From: Wenzhouxiangella sp.
Lineage (GTDB): Bacteria; Pseudomonadota; Gammaproteobacteria; Xanthomonadales; Wenzhouxiangellaceae
NCBI GenBank assembly: GCA_007694885.1
Contig: REEW01000075.1
Coordinates: 8,551 to 72,550 of the forward strand
DNA length: 64,000 nt
Direction: 5' to 3'
Shown here: one piece after another, positions 42,703 to 52,684 of the stretch
Layout: each line of letters starts with the position of its first letter
Numbering within the stretch: position 1 is the stretch's first letter
The notes under the pieces: generated by a model
Told to the model about the DNA's origin: nothing
Database searches by the model: none
What the model saw: the letters and a program-made list of their open reading frames with translations, nothing else
Position numbers and translations under genes: made by a program

Positions 42703-43769
42703 GGATTCTGGCCGAATACATCATCACCCGGCTGCTCGGAGCCTACGCGGTCACCGCGCTTGCAATGGGCGCCTTGATCTGGTTGCTGGAGGTGTTGCAA
42801 TACCTGGAAGACGGGGTGGCCGGAGCCATGGACTTCGTCCGCATCCTGCTGGGCGCCTTGCAGATCGTCCCGGAAGGCCTGATCGATCTGTTGCCGGTGA
42901 TGACCGTGCTGGCGACGGCGGCGGCGATGGGCGGCCTGCAGGCGCGCAGCGAAATGACGGTCATGCGGGCTTCCGGACTGTCGATCTGGCGTTTGACCAC
43001 CGTTGCCCTGGTGCCTGGGGTGCTGATTGCCCTGATGGCGCTGGCGGCGTTGCAATGGGTCACGCCGCTCGTGCAGCAGGGGCCGGAACGCCTGATTGGT
43101 GCTTCGCTGGGAGAAAACGGCCTGTGGCATCCATCGCACGGTCTTTGGGTGCGCCAGGACAACGAATTTCTCAATGTCCAGGAACTGCGACTGGGACGCA
43201 TTCCCACCGGCATCAACCTCTACCGTTTCGACGATGACGGCGGACTGCGCGAACACGTCGAAGCGGAAACCGCGGTGGTCGAGCCCGACGGCCTCTGGCG
43301 TCTGGAGCAGGTGCGGCTGCGCGACTACCGAGCCGATGCGCTGGAACCGCTTGCCGAAGTCGAGGAACTTGCGTGGCCTTCTTTCCTGTCCGCGCGTCAG
43401 CTGGAATTGTTGCTCAGCCCGCCGGCCAGCCTTCCCTTGAGCGATCTGTGGCAGTACGTCAGCGGGCTCAAGGCCCGCGGCCAGGAGTTTGCCGAGTTCG
43501 AGATGGTTTTGTGGCGGCGATTGGCCTTGCCGCTGGCCTGCCTGGGCATGGTTCTGGCGGCCATGGCCACCGCGGCCGTGCCCTTGAAGAGCAGGGCGGT
43601 GAGCGTTCGCCTGGTGGCAGCCATGACCCTGGGGCTGGGGTTCCAGCTTCTGGCCGAGCTGGCTTCTTACCTGGGTCTGGTTCTGGCCTGGCCGGTGATT
43701 CCGGTGGCGCTGGGGCCACCGCTGTTGCTGTCCGGCCTGGCCTGGTGGATGCTGGCGAGATCCCGTTAG
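42699..43769 (+). CDS. LptF/LptG family permease (LptG-like paralog)
   Basis: MRILAEYI, SEMTVMRASGLS, GLWVRQ, LWRRLALP. Confidence 0.85.
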   Translation: MRILAEYIITRLLGAYAVTALAMGALIWLLEVLQYLEDGVAGAMDFVRILLGALQIVPEGLIDLLPVMTVLATAAAMGGLQARSEMTVMRASGLSIWRLTTVALVPGVLIALMALAALQWVTPLVQQGPERLIGASLGENGLWHPSHGLWVRQDNEFLNVQELRLGRIPTGINLYRFDDDGGLREHVEAETAVVEPDGLWRLEQVRLRDYRADALEPLAEVEELAWPSFLSARQLELLLSPPASLPLSDLWQYVSGLKARGQEFAEFEMVLWRRLALPLACLGMVLAAMATAAVPLKSRAVSVRLVAAMTLGLGFQLLAELASYLGLVLAWPVIPVALGPPLLLSGLAWWMLARSR

Positions 43770-43773
43770 CAGC

Positions 43774-43808
43774 ACCGGCAGGATGCGGCTGCGCCGCATC
43801 CTGCCGGT
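43774..43808. terminator. Hairpin between convergent lptG-like and HiPIP genes
   Basis: ACCGGCAGGATGCGGC-tgc-GCCGCATCCTGCCGGT perfect 16-bp stem; no T tract. Confidence 0.55.
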
Positions 43809-43830
43809 TGCCGGATCCACTCGATCGCCT

Positions 43831-44166
43831 TCAACCCTGTTTCAGGACCCAGGCGTTGCACCATCCGTCGTGGGCGACTTTCTTGCCGGGGAAAATGCTG
43901 CAGCCCATCCAGTCGGCGGTCAGGTCACCCTGGGCCAGTTGGCAATTCGCGCAAATCTGGCCTTCCTCGTAACGCGGCCAGCGCTCCGGGTCGACTTCGC
44001 TGTAGTGGTGCACGTAGCCCAATGCCTTGGCCTGGGCGCTCTCCGGATCGAGCCGATCGTCGGCCCAGGCGGTGCCGGACGACATCCGCGACAAGGCCGG
44101 CAACAACAGGGCCAGCGATCCGGCGCCGGCGATCTTGAACAGATCTCTGCGTGAACAAGATTTCAT
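43831..44166 (-). CDS. High-potential iron-sulfur protein (HiPIP), Tat-exported
   Basis: SRRDLFK Tat motif; AKALGY, CANC, GCSIFPGK, GWCNAW. Confidence 0.9.
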   Translation of the reverse strand: MKSCSRRDLFKIAGAGSLALLLPALSRMSSGTAWADDRLDPESAQAKALGYVHHYSEVDPERWPRYEEGQICANCQLAQGDLTADWMGCSIFPGKKVAHDGWCNAWVLKQG

Positions 44167-44272
44167 CGAACCAATTCCTCCATTGAATAGGGCAGATTGA
44201 GCGTCTACACGACGAAGTTAGAGTAGCAGCAAACCGCCATTGCGGTGTGAGACGGAACCGCTGCCCATCACC

Positions 44273-44890
44273 ATGCCAGACGTGCCTGACAACAATTCCC
44301 GAACCTCTCCTGTGCACCTGCCTCCCGGCGGCACGATCTCGTATACCGAGCGCTGGCTTTCGTCTGATCACGCGGCCAGGCTCTGCAAGCAACTGCTGGA
44401 ATCCCTGCACTGGCGCCAGTTGCCGGTCTACCTGTTCGGGCGCTGGATTCCACAGCCGCGCCTGACCGACTTTCATGGAGACCCGGGCACCTGCTACAGC
44501 TACGCCGGGCTCGACTTGCGCGGTCGTGGCTGGCCCGGCCCACTGGCCGAGCTGCGCGAGGCGGTTGCGCTGCATACCGGCCAGCGGTTCAACACGGTCT
44601 TGTGCAATCTGTATCGCAACGGCAACGATTACATGGGCTGGCACGCCGACGACGAGCGCGAGCTGGGTCGTGATCCGATCATTGCCTCGGTCAGCCTGGG
44701 TGCCAGTCGTCGTTTCCTGCTCCGGCCGCGTCGGGGCGAGCGCGGCGAGCGCCGCGAATTCGTTCTCGCCTCCGGCAGTCTGCTGGTCATGGCCGGCGAC
44801 CTGCAACATCACTGGCAGCACCAGCTGCCCAAAGCCCTGCGCGTGGGTGAGCCCCGGATCAACCTGACGTTTCGCCAGGTGTCGGGTTGA
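44273..44890 (+). CDS. AlkB family 2OG-Fe(II) dioxygenase (ALKBH2/3-like)
   Basis: NLYRNGND, WHADDE, SVSLG, WQH, RINLTFR. Confidence 0.9.
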   Translation: MPDVPDNNSRTSPVHLPPGGTISYTERWLSSDHAARLCKQLLESLHWRQLPVYLFGRWIPQPRLTDFHGDPGTCYSYAGLDLRGRGWPGPLAELREAVALHTGQRFNTVLCNLYRNGNDYMGWHADDERELGRDPIIASVSLGASRRFLLRPRRGERGERREFVLASGSLLVMAGDLQHHWQHQLPKALRVGEPRINLTFRQVSG

Positions 44891-44893
44891 ATG

Positions 44894-45166
44894 TCAGGTT
44901 TCGCTATTGTCGGCGGGATCGGTCGGCGGGATGGCCTGACCGGAATCCGGGTTGTCCGGATCGCTGAGAACAGACACGGTCTGGCGCGCTTGTTCCAGCA
45001 TGTCCTGACACTGCCGACTCAAGCTGACCCCGCGTTCGAAGCGGGCCAGGGACTCGGCCAGAGAAAGATCCCCGGTCTCTAGCTGTTCGACCAGTGCCTC
45101 GAGCTCCTTGAGCGACGATTCGAAATCCGCCGGAGTGTCGACCTCTTCGGTGCCTGCTTTGTTCAT
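44894..45166 (-). CDS. xseB: Exodeoxyribonuclease VII small subunit
   Basis: [32 protein letters not shown]. Confidence 0.92.
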   Translation of the reverse strand: MNKAGTEEVDTPADFESSLKELEALVEQLETGDLSLAESLARFERGVSLSRQCQDMLEQARQTVSVLSDPDNPDSGQAIPPTDPADNSET

Positions 45167-45200
45167 CCCGAGATTCTAACCTGAACAAAAGGGCGCGCAT

Positions 45201-46520
45201 TCAACATCCGAACAAGTCGCTCTCCCAGACCAGCCTGCGTCCGAGCCGATCGAGAAGGCGGGCGAATTCTGCGTCCATCCAGCGGTTGCCGACGGCGACC
45301 AGTCGGTCCTGATAATGGATTCGCGGCCACATCGGCCGCTGCCAGGGAGGGATACCCCGCTCACTCATCAACTCCTTGACCCGACGCCGCCCGCCATGGC
45401 CGGCCAGGCGCAGTTTCTCTCCGGTCTGGCCCGAGCGTGCGAGCAAGCGCAGCCCGGGACCCCTCCCGGTCAATTCCAGCCGTCCTCCCGGCCCCGGAAG
45501 ATCCAGCGGCCGCGCGCCGTCCCAGGCGATCTGCCAGGGCAGATCCGCCGTCTCCCCGATGTCTGCCAGCCACAGGCGGTTGTTGTAACGCCGGACAATG
45601 GCATCTTCCCAGCGCAGTTCCGGTTGCCTGTCGGAGCCGGCGCGCTCGATCTGGCGCAAGAACTCATCGAGACGGATGCCCGGCGGCGGTGAATGACCCA
45701 GCGCCAGGATCCAGTGGCGGATGGCTTCCGAGCGACGATAGGCGTGCAGTTGTGCCAGCCTGGACAGATCCAGTCGCTTGCCCGGCAGGCCAAGCGACTG
45801 GACATCGGCGTTGGCCAGAGCGGAAAGGCTTTCCTGCGCGCCCTGGTTGAGTCTGGCGCTGCGGACCAGGCCGTGCACGGCGCCGGGAAAGCGGCTGTGC
45901 AGCAAGGGCATGATTTCGTGGCGGACGAAATTCCGGTCCATGGCCATGAGTTCGTTGGCCGGGTCCCTGATCCAGTCGAGCTGGTGCTCGGCGAGGTAGT
46001 CGAGGATCCGGCGCCGGGTCCAGTCGAGAAGAGGCCGGAGCAGCCAGCCGCCGGCGAAGCGGCGAAGGCGGGGAATACCGGCCAGGCCGGCCGGTCCGGC
46101 ACCGCGCACCAGGCGAAGAATCATGGTTTCGGCCACGTCATCGGCCTGGTGGGCGGTCATCAGGACACCATCAGGCGCCAGCCGGTCGGCCAGCGCCGCG
46201 TAGCGCGCATCGCGGGCATTGGCTTCGATCGATCCGGAGCGTCGAACCTGCACCCGGTCGACCTGGCAATCCACGCCCAGCCCGGCGGCGAGTTCAAGCG
46301 CGCGCCGGGCCCGCTTCGCGCTGCCGTGATCAAGCCCGTGATCGACGTGAATTGCCTGAAGGCCGCGATCGTGCAGTAGTTGCCTGGAATGATGCAGCAG
46401 GCAGACCGAGTCGGCACCGCCGCTGAAGGCAAGCAGCACCGGGCCCTGTCCGGGCAGACCGGTCAGGTCTGGCGAGGGTGGTCGCCGCGCGGCGGCCGGA
46501 TCAGGCCCGCTCGAAGGCAC
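45201..46520 (-). CDS. tilS: tRNA(Ile)-lysidine synthetase
   Basis: [31 protein letters not shown]; start uncertain (GTG 46520 overlaps the accA end). Confidence 0.9.
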   Translation of the reverse strand: MPSSGPDPAAARRPPSPDLTGLPGQGPVLLAFSGGADSVCLLHHSRQLLHDRGLQAIHVDHGLDHGSAKRARRALELAAGLGVDCQVDRVQVRRSGSIEANARDARYAALADRLAPDGVLMTAHQADDVAETMILRLVRGAGPAGLAGIPRLRRFAGGWLLRPLLDWTRRRILDYLAEHQLDWIRDPANELMAMDRNFVRHEIMPLLHSRFPGAVHGLVRSARLNQGAQESLSALANADVQSLGLPGKRLDLSRLAQLHAYRRSEAIRHWILALGHSPPPGIRLDEFLRQIERAGSDRQPELRWEDAIVRRYNNRLWLADIGETADLPWQIAWDGARPLDLPGPGGRLELTGRGPGLRLLARSGQTGEKLRLAGHGGRRRVKELMSERGIPPWQRPMWPRIHYQDRLVAVGNRWMDAEFARLLDRLGRRLVWESDLFGC

Positions 46521-47460
46521 CGAAAGAGCACAGGCGCTGGTAGCGCTCTTCGAGCAGCTCGTCAACCGGTTTGCGGGCCAGTACCTCGACCTGGGCGATG
46601 ATGGTCTCTTTCAGGCGCACGGCGACCTCCTGCGGGTTGCGATGAGCGCCACCCGGAGGTTCCTTGATCATCTTGTCGATCAGGCCGAGTCGCTTCAGGC
46701 GAGGCGCGGTCAGCCCCAGCGCCTCGGCCGCGGTCTCGGCGCGATCGGCGTCTTTCCACAGGATGGAGGCACAACCCTCCGGCGAGATGACGCTGTAAAT
46801 ACTGTACTGCAGCATGTTGGTCCGATCTCCGACCCCGATGGCCAGGGCACCGCCCGATCCGCCTTCGCCGATCACGTTGCAGATCACGGGCACCGGCAGG
46901 CGGGCCATGTAGCGCAGATTGCGGGCAATTGCCTCGGACTGGCCGCGTTCTTCGGCACCAACCCCGGGGTAGGCGCCCGGGGTATCGATGAAGGTCACGA
47001 CCGGCAGGCGGAAACGGGCGGCCATTTCCATCAGCCGCAGGGCCTTGCGATAGCCCTCGGGCCGGGGCATGCCGAAGTTTCGGCGCACCTTCTCGCGCGT
47101 GTCGCGGCCTTTCTGATGCCCGATCAGGACGAAGCTTCGGCCCTGCAGTTCGGCCAGTCCGGCAACAATGGCATGATCGTCGGCATAGGCGCGATCACCA
47201 TGCAACTCCTCGAAGCGATCGAACACCATGGGCAGATAGTCCAGCGTGTGTGGACGCTCGGGATGACGAGCCAGCTGCGAAACCTGCCAGTCGCTCAGGC
47301 CGGAAAAAATGGCCTCGGTTCGCTCGCGGCACTTGGCCTCCAGGCGCCGGATTTCGTCTTCGATATTGATCGAATTGTCCGAGCCCACGTTGCGCAACTC
47401 GCGAATCTTCGCTTCCAGTTCGGCAATGGGTTGCTCGAAGTCAAGGTAGTTCGAGGTCAT
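46501..47460 (-). CDS. accA: Acetyl-CoA carboxylase carboxyltransferase alpha
   Basis: [34 protein letters not shown]. Confidence 0.96.
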   Translation of the reverse strand: MTSNYLDFEQPIAELEAKIRELRNVGSDNSINIEDEIRRLEAKCRERTEAIFSGLSDWQVSQLARHPERPHTLDYLPMVFDRFEELHGDRAYADDHAIVAGLAELQGRSFVLIGHQKGRDTREKVRRNFGMPRPEGYRKALRLMEMAARFRLPVVTFIDTPGAYPGVGAEERGQSEAIARNLRYMARLPVPVICNVIGEGGSGGALAIGVGDRTNMLQYSIYSVISPEGCASILWKDADRAETAAEALGLTAPRLKRLGLIDKMIKEPPGGAHRNPQEVAVRLKETIIAQVEVLARKPVDELLEERYQRLCSFGAFERA

Positions 47461-47463
47461 GAA

Positions 47464-48411
47464 TCAGATTGATTGGTCAGCATTTCCTTCAGGAGTATAG
47501 TCCCGGTCCGCGCTTCCATGCACATCGATGGACACCGGCCCATGAGGGACAGCAGCAAGGTTCCAGGACATGGTCGCCCAGGCCAGCTGCCCCTCGACGC
47601 TGCCGATGCCCGGCGGCGGCTCGTGTCCTAGCGCGCGCAAGGCCAGGCGCAGGGCCGCAGCGGGCGGGTAGCGGCGGACCGGATCATCGCGCTCTGACTT
47701 GCTGAGCTTGCGGCCGGCCTGGTCGACGACCAGAGGCAGATGCAGGTACTCCGGTGCAGCCAGCGACAGGGCCTGAGCCAGCATGATCTGGCGAGCGGTG
47801 GAGTCCAGCAGATCGGCACCGCGGACAACTTGCGTGATGCCGGCGGCGGCGTCATCGACGACGACGGCCAACTGGTAGGCCACCAGGCCATCGGCGCGGC
47901 GGATGACGAAATCGCCGCACTGCAAAGCCGGTGTTTGTTCCTGCGGCCCGAGCAGGGCGTCGCTGAAACGGATGCGCTCTGAGGTGACGCGGAAGCGGAT
48001 CGAACGGGCTGTTTTTCCAGCCGCGATGCCTGAGCGGCAGGTGCCCGGGTAAATGCCGTCGGGCGGCAGATCCTTGCGGGTGCAGGCGCACGGGAAGGCT
48101 TGCCCGGCCTGCAGCAACCGTTCAAGTGCCTGGTCATGGCGGGCGCGGAAAAGTGACTGGCGCTGAACCGGCAAATCGGACATCAGCCCGAATTCGGCCA
48201 GGGTTTCGAGCTGCCGGTCGGCCGCACCGGGAACTTCACGGGGCGGATCGAGATCCTCGATCCGAATCAGCCACTGACCGCCCGATGCCCGAGCCTGCAG
48301 GAAGCTGCCGGTCGCGGCAACCAGCGATCCAAAGTGCAACTCGCCGGTGGGCGAGGGGGCGAATCGGCCGCGATACCGGATTCTTGCAGCGGATTTTTTG
48401 GAAGGCTTCAT
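47464..48411 (-). CDS. gluQ: Glutamyl-Q tRNA(Asp) synthetase
   Basis: GRFAPSPTGELHFGSL, RIEDLDPPR, YQLAVVVDD, KLSK; no anticodon-binding domain. Confidence 0.92.
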   Translation of the reverse strand: MKPSKKSAARIRYRGRFAPSPTGELHFGSLVAATGSFLQARASGGQWLIRIEDLDPPREVPGAADRQLETLAEFGLMSDLPVQRQSLFRARHDQALERLLQAGQAFPCACTRKDLPPDGIYPGTCRSGIAAGKTARSIRFRVTSERIRFSDALLGPQEQTPALQCGDFVIRRADGLVAYQLAVVVDDAAAGITQVVRGADLLDSTARQIMLAQALSLAAPEYLHLPLVVDQAGRKLSKSERDDPVRRYPPAAALRLALRALGHEPPPGIGSVEGQLAWATMSWNLAAVPHGPVSIDVHGSADRDYTPEGNADQSI

Positions 48412-48440
48412 CTTGTCATTGCCATTCGCAGAACCCATTC
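48412..48440 (+). promoter_or_regulatory. Possible sigma32-type promoter for htpX
   Basis: CTTGTC-N15-ACCCATTC, an imperfect match to the RpoH consensus. Confidence 0.3.
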
Positions 48441-48486
48441 TATGCTTTCATTGATCCAGTCATAGACCGCGGAGTTATCTTCAGCC

Positions 48487-49368
48487 ATGCAACGCATCGC
48501 CTTGTTTGTTGGAACCAACCTGGCCGTACTGGTCGTGCTGGGCATTGTCATGACCTTGCTCGAGCCCTGGCTGGTCGCCCAGGGCATCAACGTCAACCAC
48601 GCAGCCACCTTGCTGTTTGCCCTGATTTTCGGCATGGGCGGGGCGGTGATTTCCCTGTTGATGTCGAAACGGATTGCCCTGATGAGTACGCGCGCGCGCG
48701 TGATCGATCAACCGTCCAACCAGACCGAGCGCTGGCTGGTTGAAACCGTGGCCCGGCAGGCGCGCGAGTCGGGCATCGGCATGCCCGATGTCGCCATTTT
48801 CGATGCCGCCGAGCCGAACGCGTTTGCGACCGGCGCTTCCCGCAACAAGGCCCTGGTCGCGGTCAGTACGGGGCTGTTGCGCAGCATGCGCCCGAACGAG
48901 GTCGAGGCCGTGCTCGGTCACGAGGTCGCTCACGTGGCCAACGGCGACATGATCACGCTGACCTTGCTGCAAGGTGTTCTCAATACGTTCGTTTTGCTGC
49001 TTTCACGCGTCCTCGGGCAGATCATCGATCGGGCCGTGTTTCGCTCGGAGCGGGCGTACGGGCCGGGCTATTTCCTGTCGGTGATCGTGCTGCAGATCGT
49101 GCTGGGCATCCTGGCCAGCATGATCGTGATGGCGTTTTCGCGCTGGCGCGAATTTCGCGCCGATGCCGGCGGCGCGCGACTGGCCGGGCGTGGCAACATG
49201 ATCGCCGCCCTGGAGCGCCTCAAACGGAGCAGCCAGCCGTCGCAACTGCCGGAGTCTGTCGAAGCCTTTGGAATCCGCGGGCGTGTCGGCGAGGGTTTCC
49301 GTCGGCTGCTGATGAGCCATCCGCCACTCGATGAACGCATCCGCGCGTTGTCGGAGGGCGCTCGCTGA
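48487..49368 (+). CDS. htpX: Membrane zinc protease HtpX
   Basis: PNAFATG, HEVAH, SRWREFRADAG, SHPPLDERI. Confidence 0.95.
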   Translation: MQRIALFVGTNLAVLVVLGIVMTLLEPWLVAQGINVNHAATLLFALIFGMGGAVISLLMSKRIALMSTRARVIDQPSNQTERWLVETVARQARESGIGMPDVAIFDAAEPNAFATGASRNKALVAVSTGLLRSMRPNEVEAVLGHEVAHVANGDMITLTLLQGVLNTFVLLLSRVLGQIIDRAVFRSERAYGPGYFLSVIVLQIVLGILASMIVMAFSRWREFRADAGGARLAGRGNMIAALERLKRSSQPSQLPESVEAFGIRGRVGEGFRRLLMSHPPLDERIRALSEGAR

Positions 49369-49414
49369 GGCCTGCCTGGCCGGGTCTGCGCCGGCCGACC
49401 GCCTTCATCAGGGC

Positions 49415-51472
49415 CTACAAGGTGGCCTGCTCGCGAACGAAATCTCCCTGAACCAGGTTGATGCCGAGCTGCCAGAGGGTGGCCAGGTCGCTGGTGTTTT
49501 CGATCCTGGGGGCGATGATCTTGACCTTGCGCTGGCTGCATTCGCTGACGATATCGGCCAGCTGTCGGCGCAGTGTTCCGTTTTCGCCCAGGTTCTGGAC
49601 CATTTCCGGGGCCAGGCGCAGGTAGTCGAGTTCGAGAAAGCGCACCGTTGCCTCGATCGCGCTTTCCGGGACGACTTCGGTGAGGGCGAAGCGGCAGCCC
49701 AGGGGCGCAAAGCGCTCGATGAACTCCAGCGCCTGGCGCAGCTTGTCTTCGATTTCATAATCGCGCAAGGCCCAGATCAGTCGATTCGCCGGCAGGGCGC
49801 CGTTGCTGAGCAATCCCTCCAGGTGATCGCAGAATTCGTGATCGGCGATCGAGCTGATCGACAGCGTGACCATCCACGAAGCATCCTCTTCCGAGTTCCG
49901 CTCGGCGACGGCAGTCGCCATCCTGCGCAGCAGGTTCTTGTCCAGGCGCGGCGCCAGGCCGACCCGAGCCGCAGCAACCAGAAAAACCGATGGCATGAGC
50001 ACTTCATCACTGCCCTCGGTGCGCAGGCTGCTCTCGATCTCGTAGATGGTTGGGTCGTTGTCGTCCATGCTGGTGATCGGCGAGGCCATGATCCGGATTT
50101 CGTCATGGTCGAGGGCATGGATCAGGCGCTCATGCCAGGCCATATCGTCGTCGCTGACATCGTCCGAAATTCGCGGACGATAGCGCACATAGGCATTGCC
50201 GCCGGAGCGCAGGGCTTCGCTCAAGGCGATATCGGCCTGCGCAACCAGTGACTCGGCGCTGGCCTGGTCGCTGCTGCCCTGGGCCACTCCGACGCTGACG
50301 GTGACCGGCAGGCTGAGTTCGCCGACTTCGAGAATCTGGCCGTTGCAGTATTCGACGATGTCCCTGGCCAGGCGGTCGGCACCCGCCGTATCCGCCGTTT
50401 CGGCCAGCACCGCGAAGATATGATCCCGGAGCCGCGCCATCGGGCGATCGCGCCCGGCGGCCTCGGTCATCATCGCACCGGCGCGACGGATGAGGGCGTC
50501 GGTCCCGCTGATGCCGATGCGCGACTGCAGCTTGTCGGGCTGGTCGATGGAGATCAGCAAGACCGACAGCTCGGTGGCATCGGCGCGCGTAGTCAATTCG
50601 GCGTTGATCGTATCGACGAATGCAGATTGATTGAGCAGTCCGGTCAACAGGTCCGACTGCTTGAGCCGATCCAGTTCCGCGGCCAGCGCCGGATCGGCGT
50701 CCGGATGATCTTCTCTGACCAGCATCTGGGCACAGGCTTCGCCGCCGTAACGGGCCCGCGAAAAGGCGACGATGGCGGTGAAGCGGCTGCCGTCTTCGCG
50801 CTGGGCCGCCACCTGCATGGGTTCGCTGGGCAGCTCATCCTGGTCGAGCGCCTTGAGGACTTTTTTCAGGTCTGGACCGTCCTCGCCGGCCTCCAGCAGG
50901 TCAAGCATGGAAAGCCCTTCCAGCTGGTCGAAAGTCTTGAACCCGAACAGCTCGAGGTAGGCGGGGTTGGCGAAAATGTGCAGCCCTTCGTGGATGTAGG
51001 CGATGGCTTCACTGGAGCTTTCCAGCAGCAGGGTGTAGCGTTCCTCGATTTCATCGAGTCGCTGAGTGGCGATGCGCGCCTGGCGATAGCCGCGCACGCT
51101 TTCGATCAGGCGAAGCAGAATGCGGCGCAGTCGGCGCGGGTTTTCGCTGCTGATGAAGCCTTCGACGCCGATGGCGGCGACGTTGAGCGCGGTCGCGGCA
51201 TCCTCGGGCTCAATCAGGGCCAGCAGCGGCGCGGCTTCGGCTTGTTCCCGGATGTTCGATGCGGTGGCATCAAGCAGTTCCGGCTCGGCTTCGTGCGGGC
51301 AGACCACGACCAGGTCCACCTCCTCGGACTCGAAAATTCGTGCCACCGCGTTGGCCGTATCGGCCAGCGTCAGGCGGCAGTTCGTATCGTGGCCCAACAG
51401 ATCCTGAAGTTCCCCCGGTCTTGACGGATCGTCACTCACGACTAGGATGCGAATCAGGCTGGCGTTGCTCAT
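49415..51472 (-). CDS. fimX: REC-PAS-GGDEF-EAL protein with degenerate catalytic motifs (FimX-like)
   Basis: EAIAYIHEGLHIFANPAY PAS, DLLTGLLN, RDHIF in place of GGDEF, ESSLR in place of EAL, QGDF; true start inferred at 51472. Confidence 0.75.
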   Translation of the reverse strand: MSNASLIRILVVSDDPSRPGELQDLLGHDTNCRLTLADTANAVARIFESEEVDLVVVCPHEAEPELLDATASNIREQAEAAPLLALIEPEDAATALNVAAIGVEGFISSENPRRLRRILLRLIESVRGYRQARIATQRLDEIEERYTLLLESSSEAIAYIHEGLHIFANPAYLELFGFKTFDQLEGLSMLDLLEAGEDGPDLKKVLKALDQDELPSEPMQVAAQREDGSRFTAIVAFSRARYGGEACAQMLVREDHPDADPALAAELDRLKQSDLLTGLLNQSAFVDTINAELTTRADATELSVLLISIDQPDKLQSRIGISGTDALIRRAGAMMTEAAGRDRPMARLRDHIFAVLAETADTAGADRLARDIVEYCNGQILEVGELSLPVTVSVGVAQGSSDQASAESLVAQADIALSEALRSGGNAYVRYRPRISDDVSDDDMAWHERLIHALDHDEIRIMASPITSMDDNDPTIYEIESSLRTEGSDEVLMPSVFLVAAARVGLAPRLDKNLLRRMATAVAERNSEEDASWMVTLSISSIADHEFCDHLEGLLSNGALPANRLIWALRDYEIEDKLRQALEFIERFAPLGCRFALTEVVPESAIEATVRFLELDYLRLAPEMVQNLGENGTLRRQLADIVSECSQRKVKIIAPRIENTSDLATLWQLGINLVQGDFVREQATL

Positions 51473-51588
51473 GGGTCGTGTCCGTAAGCCGAAACCAGAT
51501 GGTAGCAGGATTCGGCCGAGTTTCGCTGACCGTGCGATCCCGGATTTGGCGAAGCGACTGTTGGCGTTTCCAGGCGTTCGGGCGTCGA

Positions 51589-52611
51589 TCAGACCAACGG
51601 CGTTTTGTAGGGCATGCCGGCCTGCTCGCAGACCAGCCGCGGAACCAGGTATCCGGGCAGCTGACGTCTGAGTTCCTCGACCAGGGCGCGGGCCCTGGCC
51701 AGTTCCACATCGAAACGGTGAGCGCCGGCAACGCGGTCGAGCAGATGCAGGTAATAGGGCAGGACGCGGGCCTGCAGGCCGCGCTCCATCAGCGCTTTCA
51801 GTGCCGTTGTGCTGTCGTTGATGCCGGCCAGCAGGACGGCCTGATTGAGAAGTAGGGCCCCGCTTGTGCCCAGGCGCGCCAGTGCTGCGTCGACCTCCCC
51901 GTCGAACTCCCGGGCATGATTGGCGTGCACCACGATCACCACCGTCCACGGCAGGCTTTCCATCCAGCCCAGCAGGGCGGGCGTCACTCGATCGGGGAGC
52001 ACGATCGGAAGGCGGGTGTGCAGGCGCAGCCGCTTGAGGCCGGGAATGCCGGACAGGCGATCGGTCAGCGCGGCCAGCCGGCGGGTCGAGAGCATCAGCG
52101 GATCGCCCCCGGAGAGAATGATTTCCTCGACATCGGAGCGCCCGGCCAGGTACGCCAGCGCTTCCTCCGAACCACGCCCCAGCGCGCGTTCTTCCGGATA
52201 GGGAAACTGCTGGCGGAAGCAGTACCTGCAGTGCACGGCACAGGCACCCGTGGTGACCAGGAGCACGCGGCCGGTGTACTTGTGCAGAATGCCGGGGGCC
52301 TGACGGCTGTTCAGATCGCCGACCGGATCGCTGGAGTAGCCGGGCTCCGTGCGGCTCTCGCCGTGCGCAGGCAGTACCTGGCGCAGCAGCGGATCGTTGA
52401 GATCGCCCTGGCGCATCCGGCGGGCGAATGCCTTGGGTACCAGCATCGGGAACGTGCCGGCGGTCGCGATGGCTGAATCTTCGGCCGCAAGATCGAGAAA
52501 ACGCAACAGATCCTGCGGCCGGCGGAAACTGTCGCGAATCTGATCGCGCCATCCGATCCGGGACGGCTCCGTGCTTCGCGCTAAACTATACGGTTGAGTA
52601 TCCAGCGTCAT
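51589..52611 (-). CDS. epmB: EF-P beta-lysylation lysine 2,3-aminomutase
   Basis: CAVHCRYC radical SAM motif, SGGDPL, PYYLHLLD; divergent from efp. Confidence 0.92.
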   Translation of the reverse strand: MTLDTQPYSLARSTEPSRIGWRDQIRDSFRRPQDLLRFLDLAAEDSAIATAGTFPMLVPKAFARRMRQGDLNDPLLRQVLPAHGESRTEPGYSSDPVGDLNSRQAPGILHKYTGRVLLVTTGACAVHCRYCFRQQFPYPEERALGRGSEEALAYLAGRSDVEEIILSGGDPLMLSTRRLAALTDRLSGIPGLKRLRLHTRLPIVLPDRVTPALLGWMESLPWTVVIVVHANHAREFDGEVDAALARLGTSGALLLNQAVLLAGINDSTTALKALMERGLQARVLPYYLHLLDRVAGAHRFDVELARARALVEELRRQLPGYLVPRLVCEQAGMPYKTPLV

Positions 52612-52684
52612 TGCTGCCTGTCATCGCCCGGGGGCGTGGTTGAAACCAGCGAACTTCCGGTGCGTATTGTAATTTGGAGAAACC

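Noticed and set aside
20004-43830. Recently acquired genomic island or prophage
   Set aside because: No integrase, transposase, tRNA target or flanking direct repeats seen; base composition looks similar to the flanks by eye.
51473-52552. 360-aa N-terminal extension of the 1045-aa ORF 49415-52552
   Set aside because: Low-complexity Arg/Pro/Gly off-frame read of epmB; recognisable domains begin at ATG 51472.
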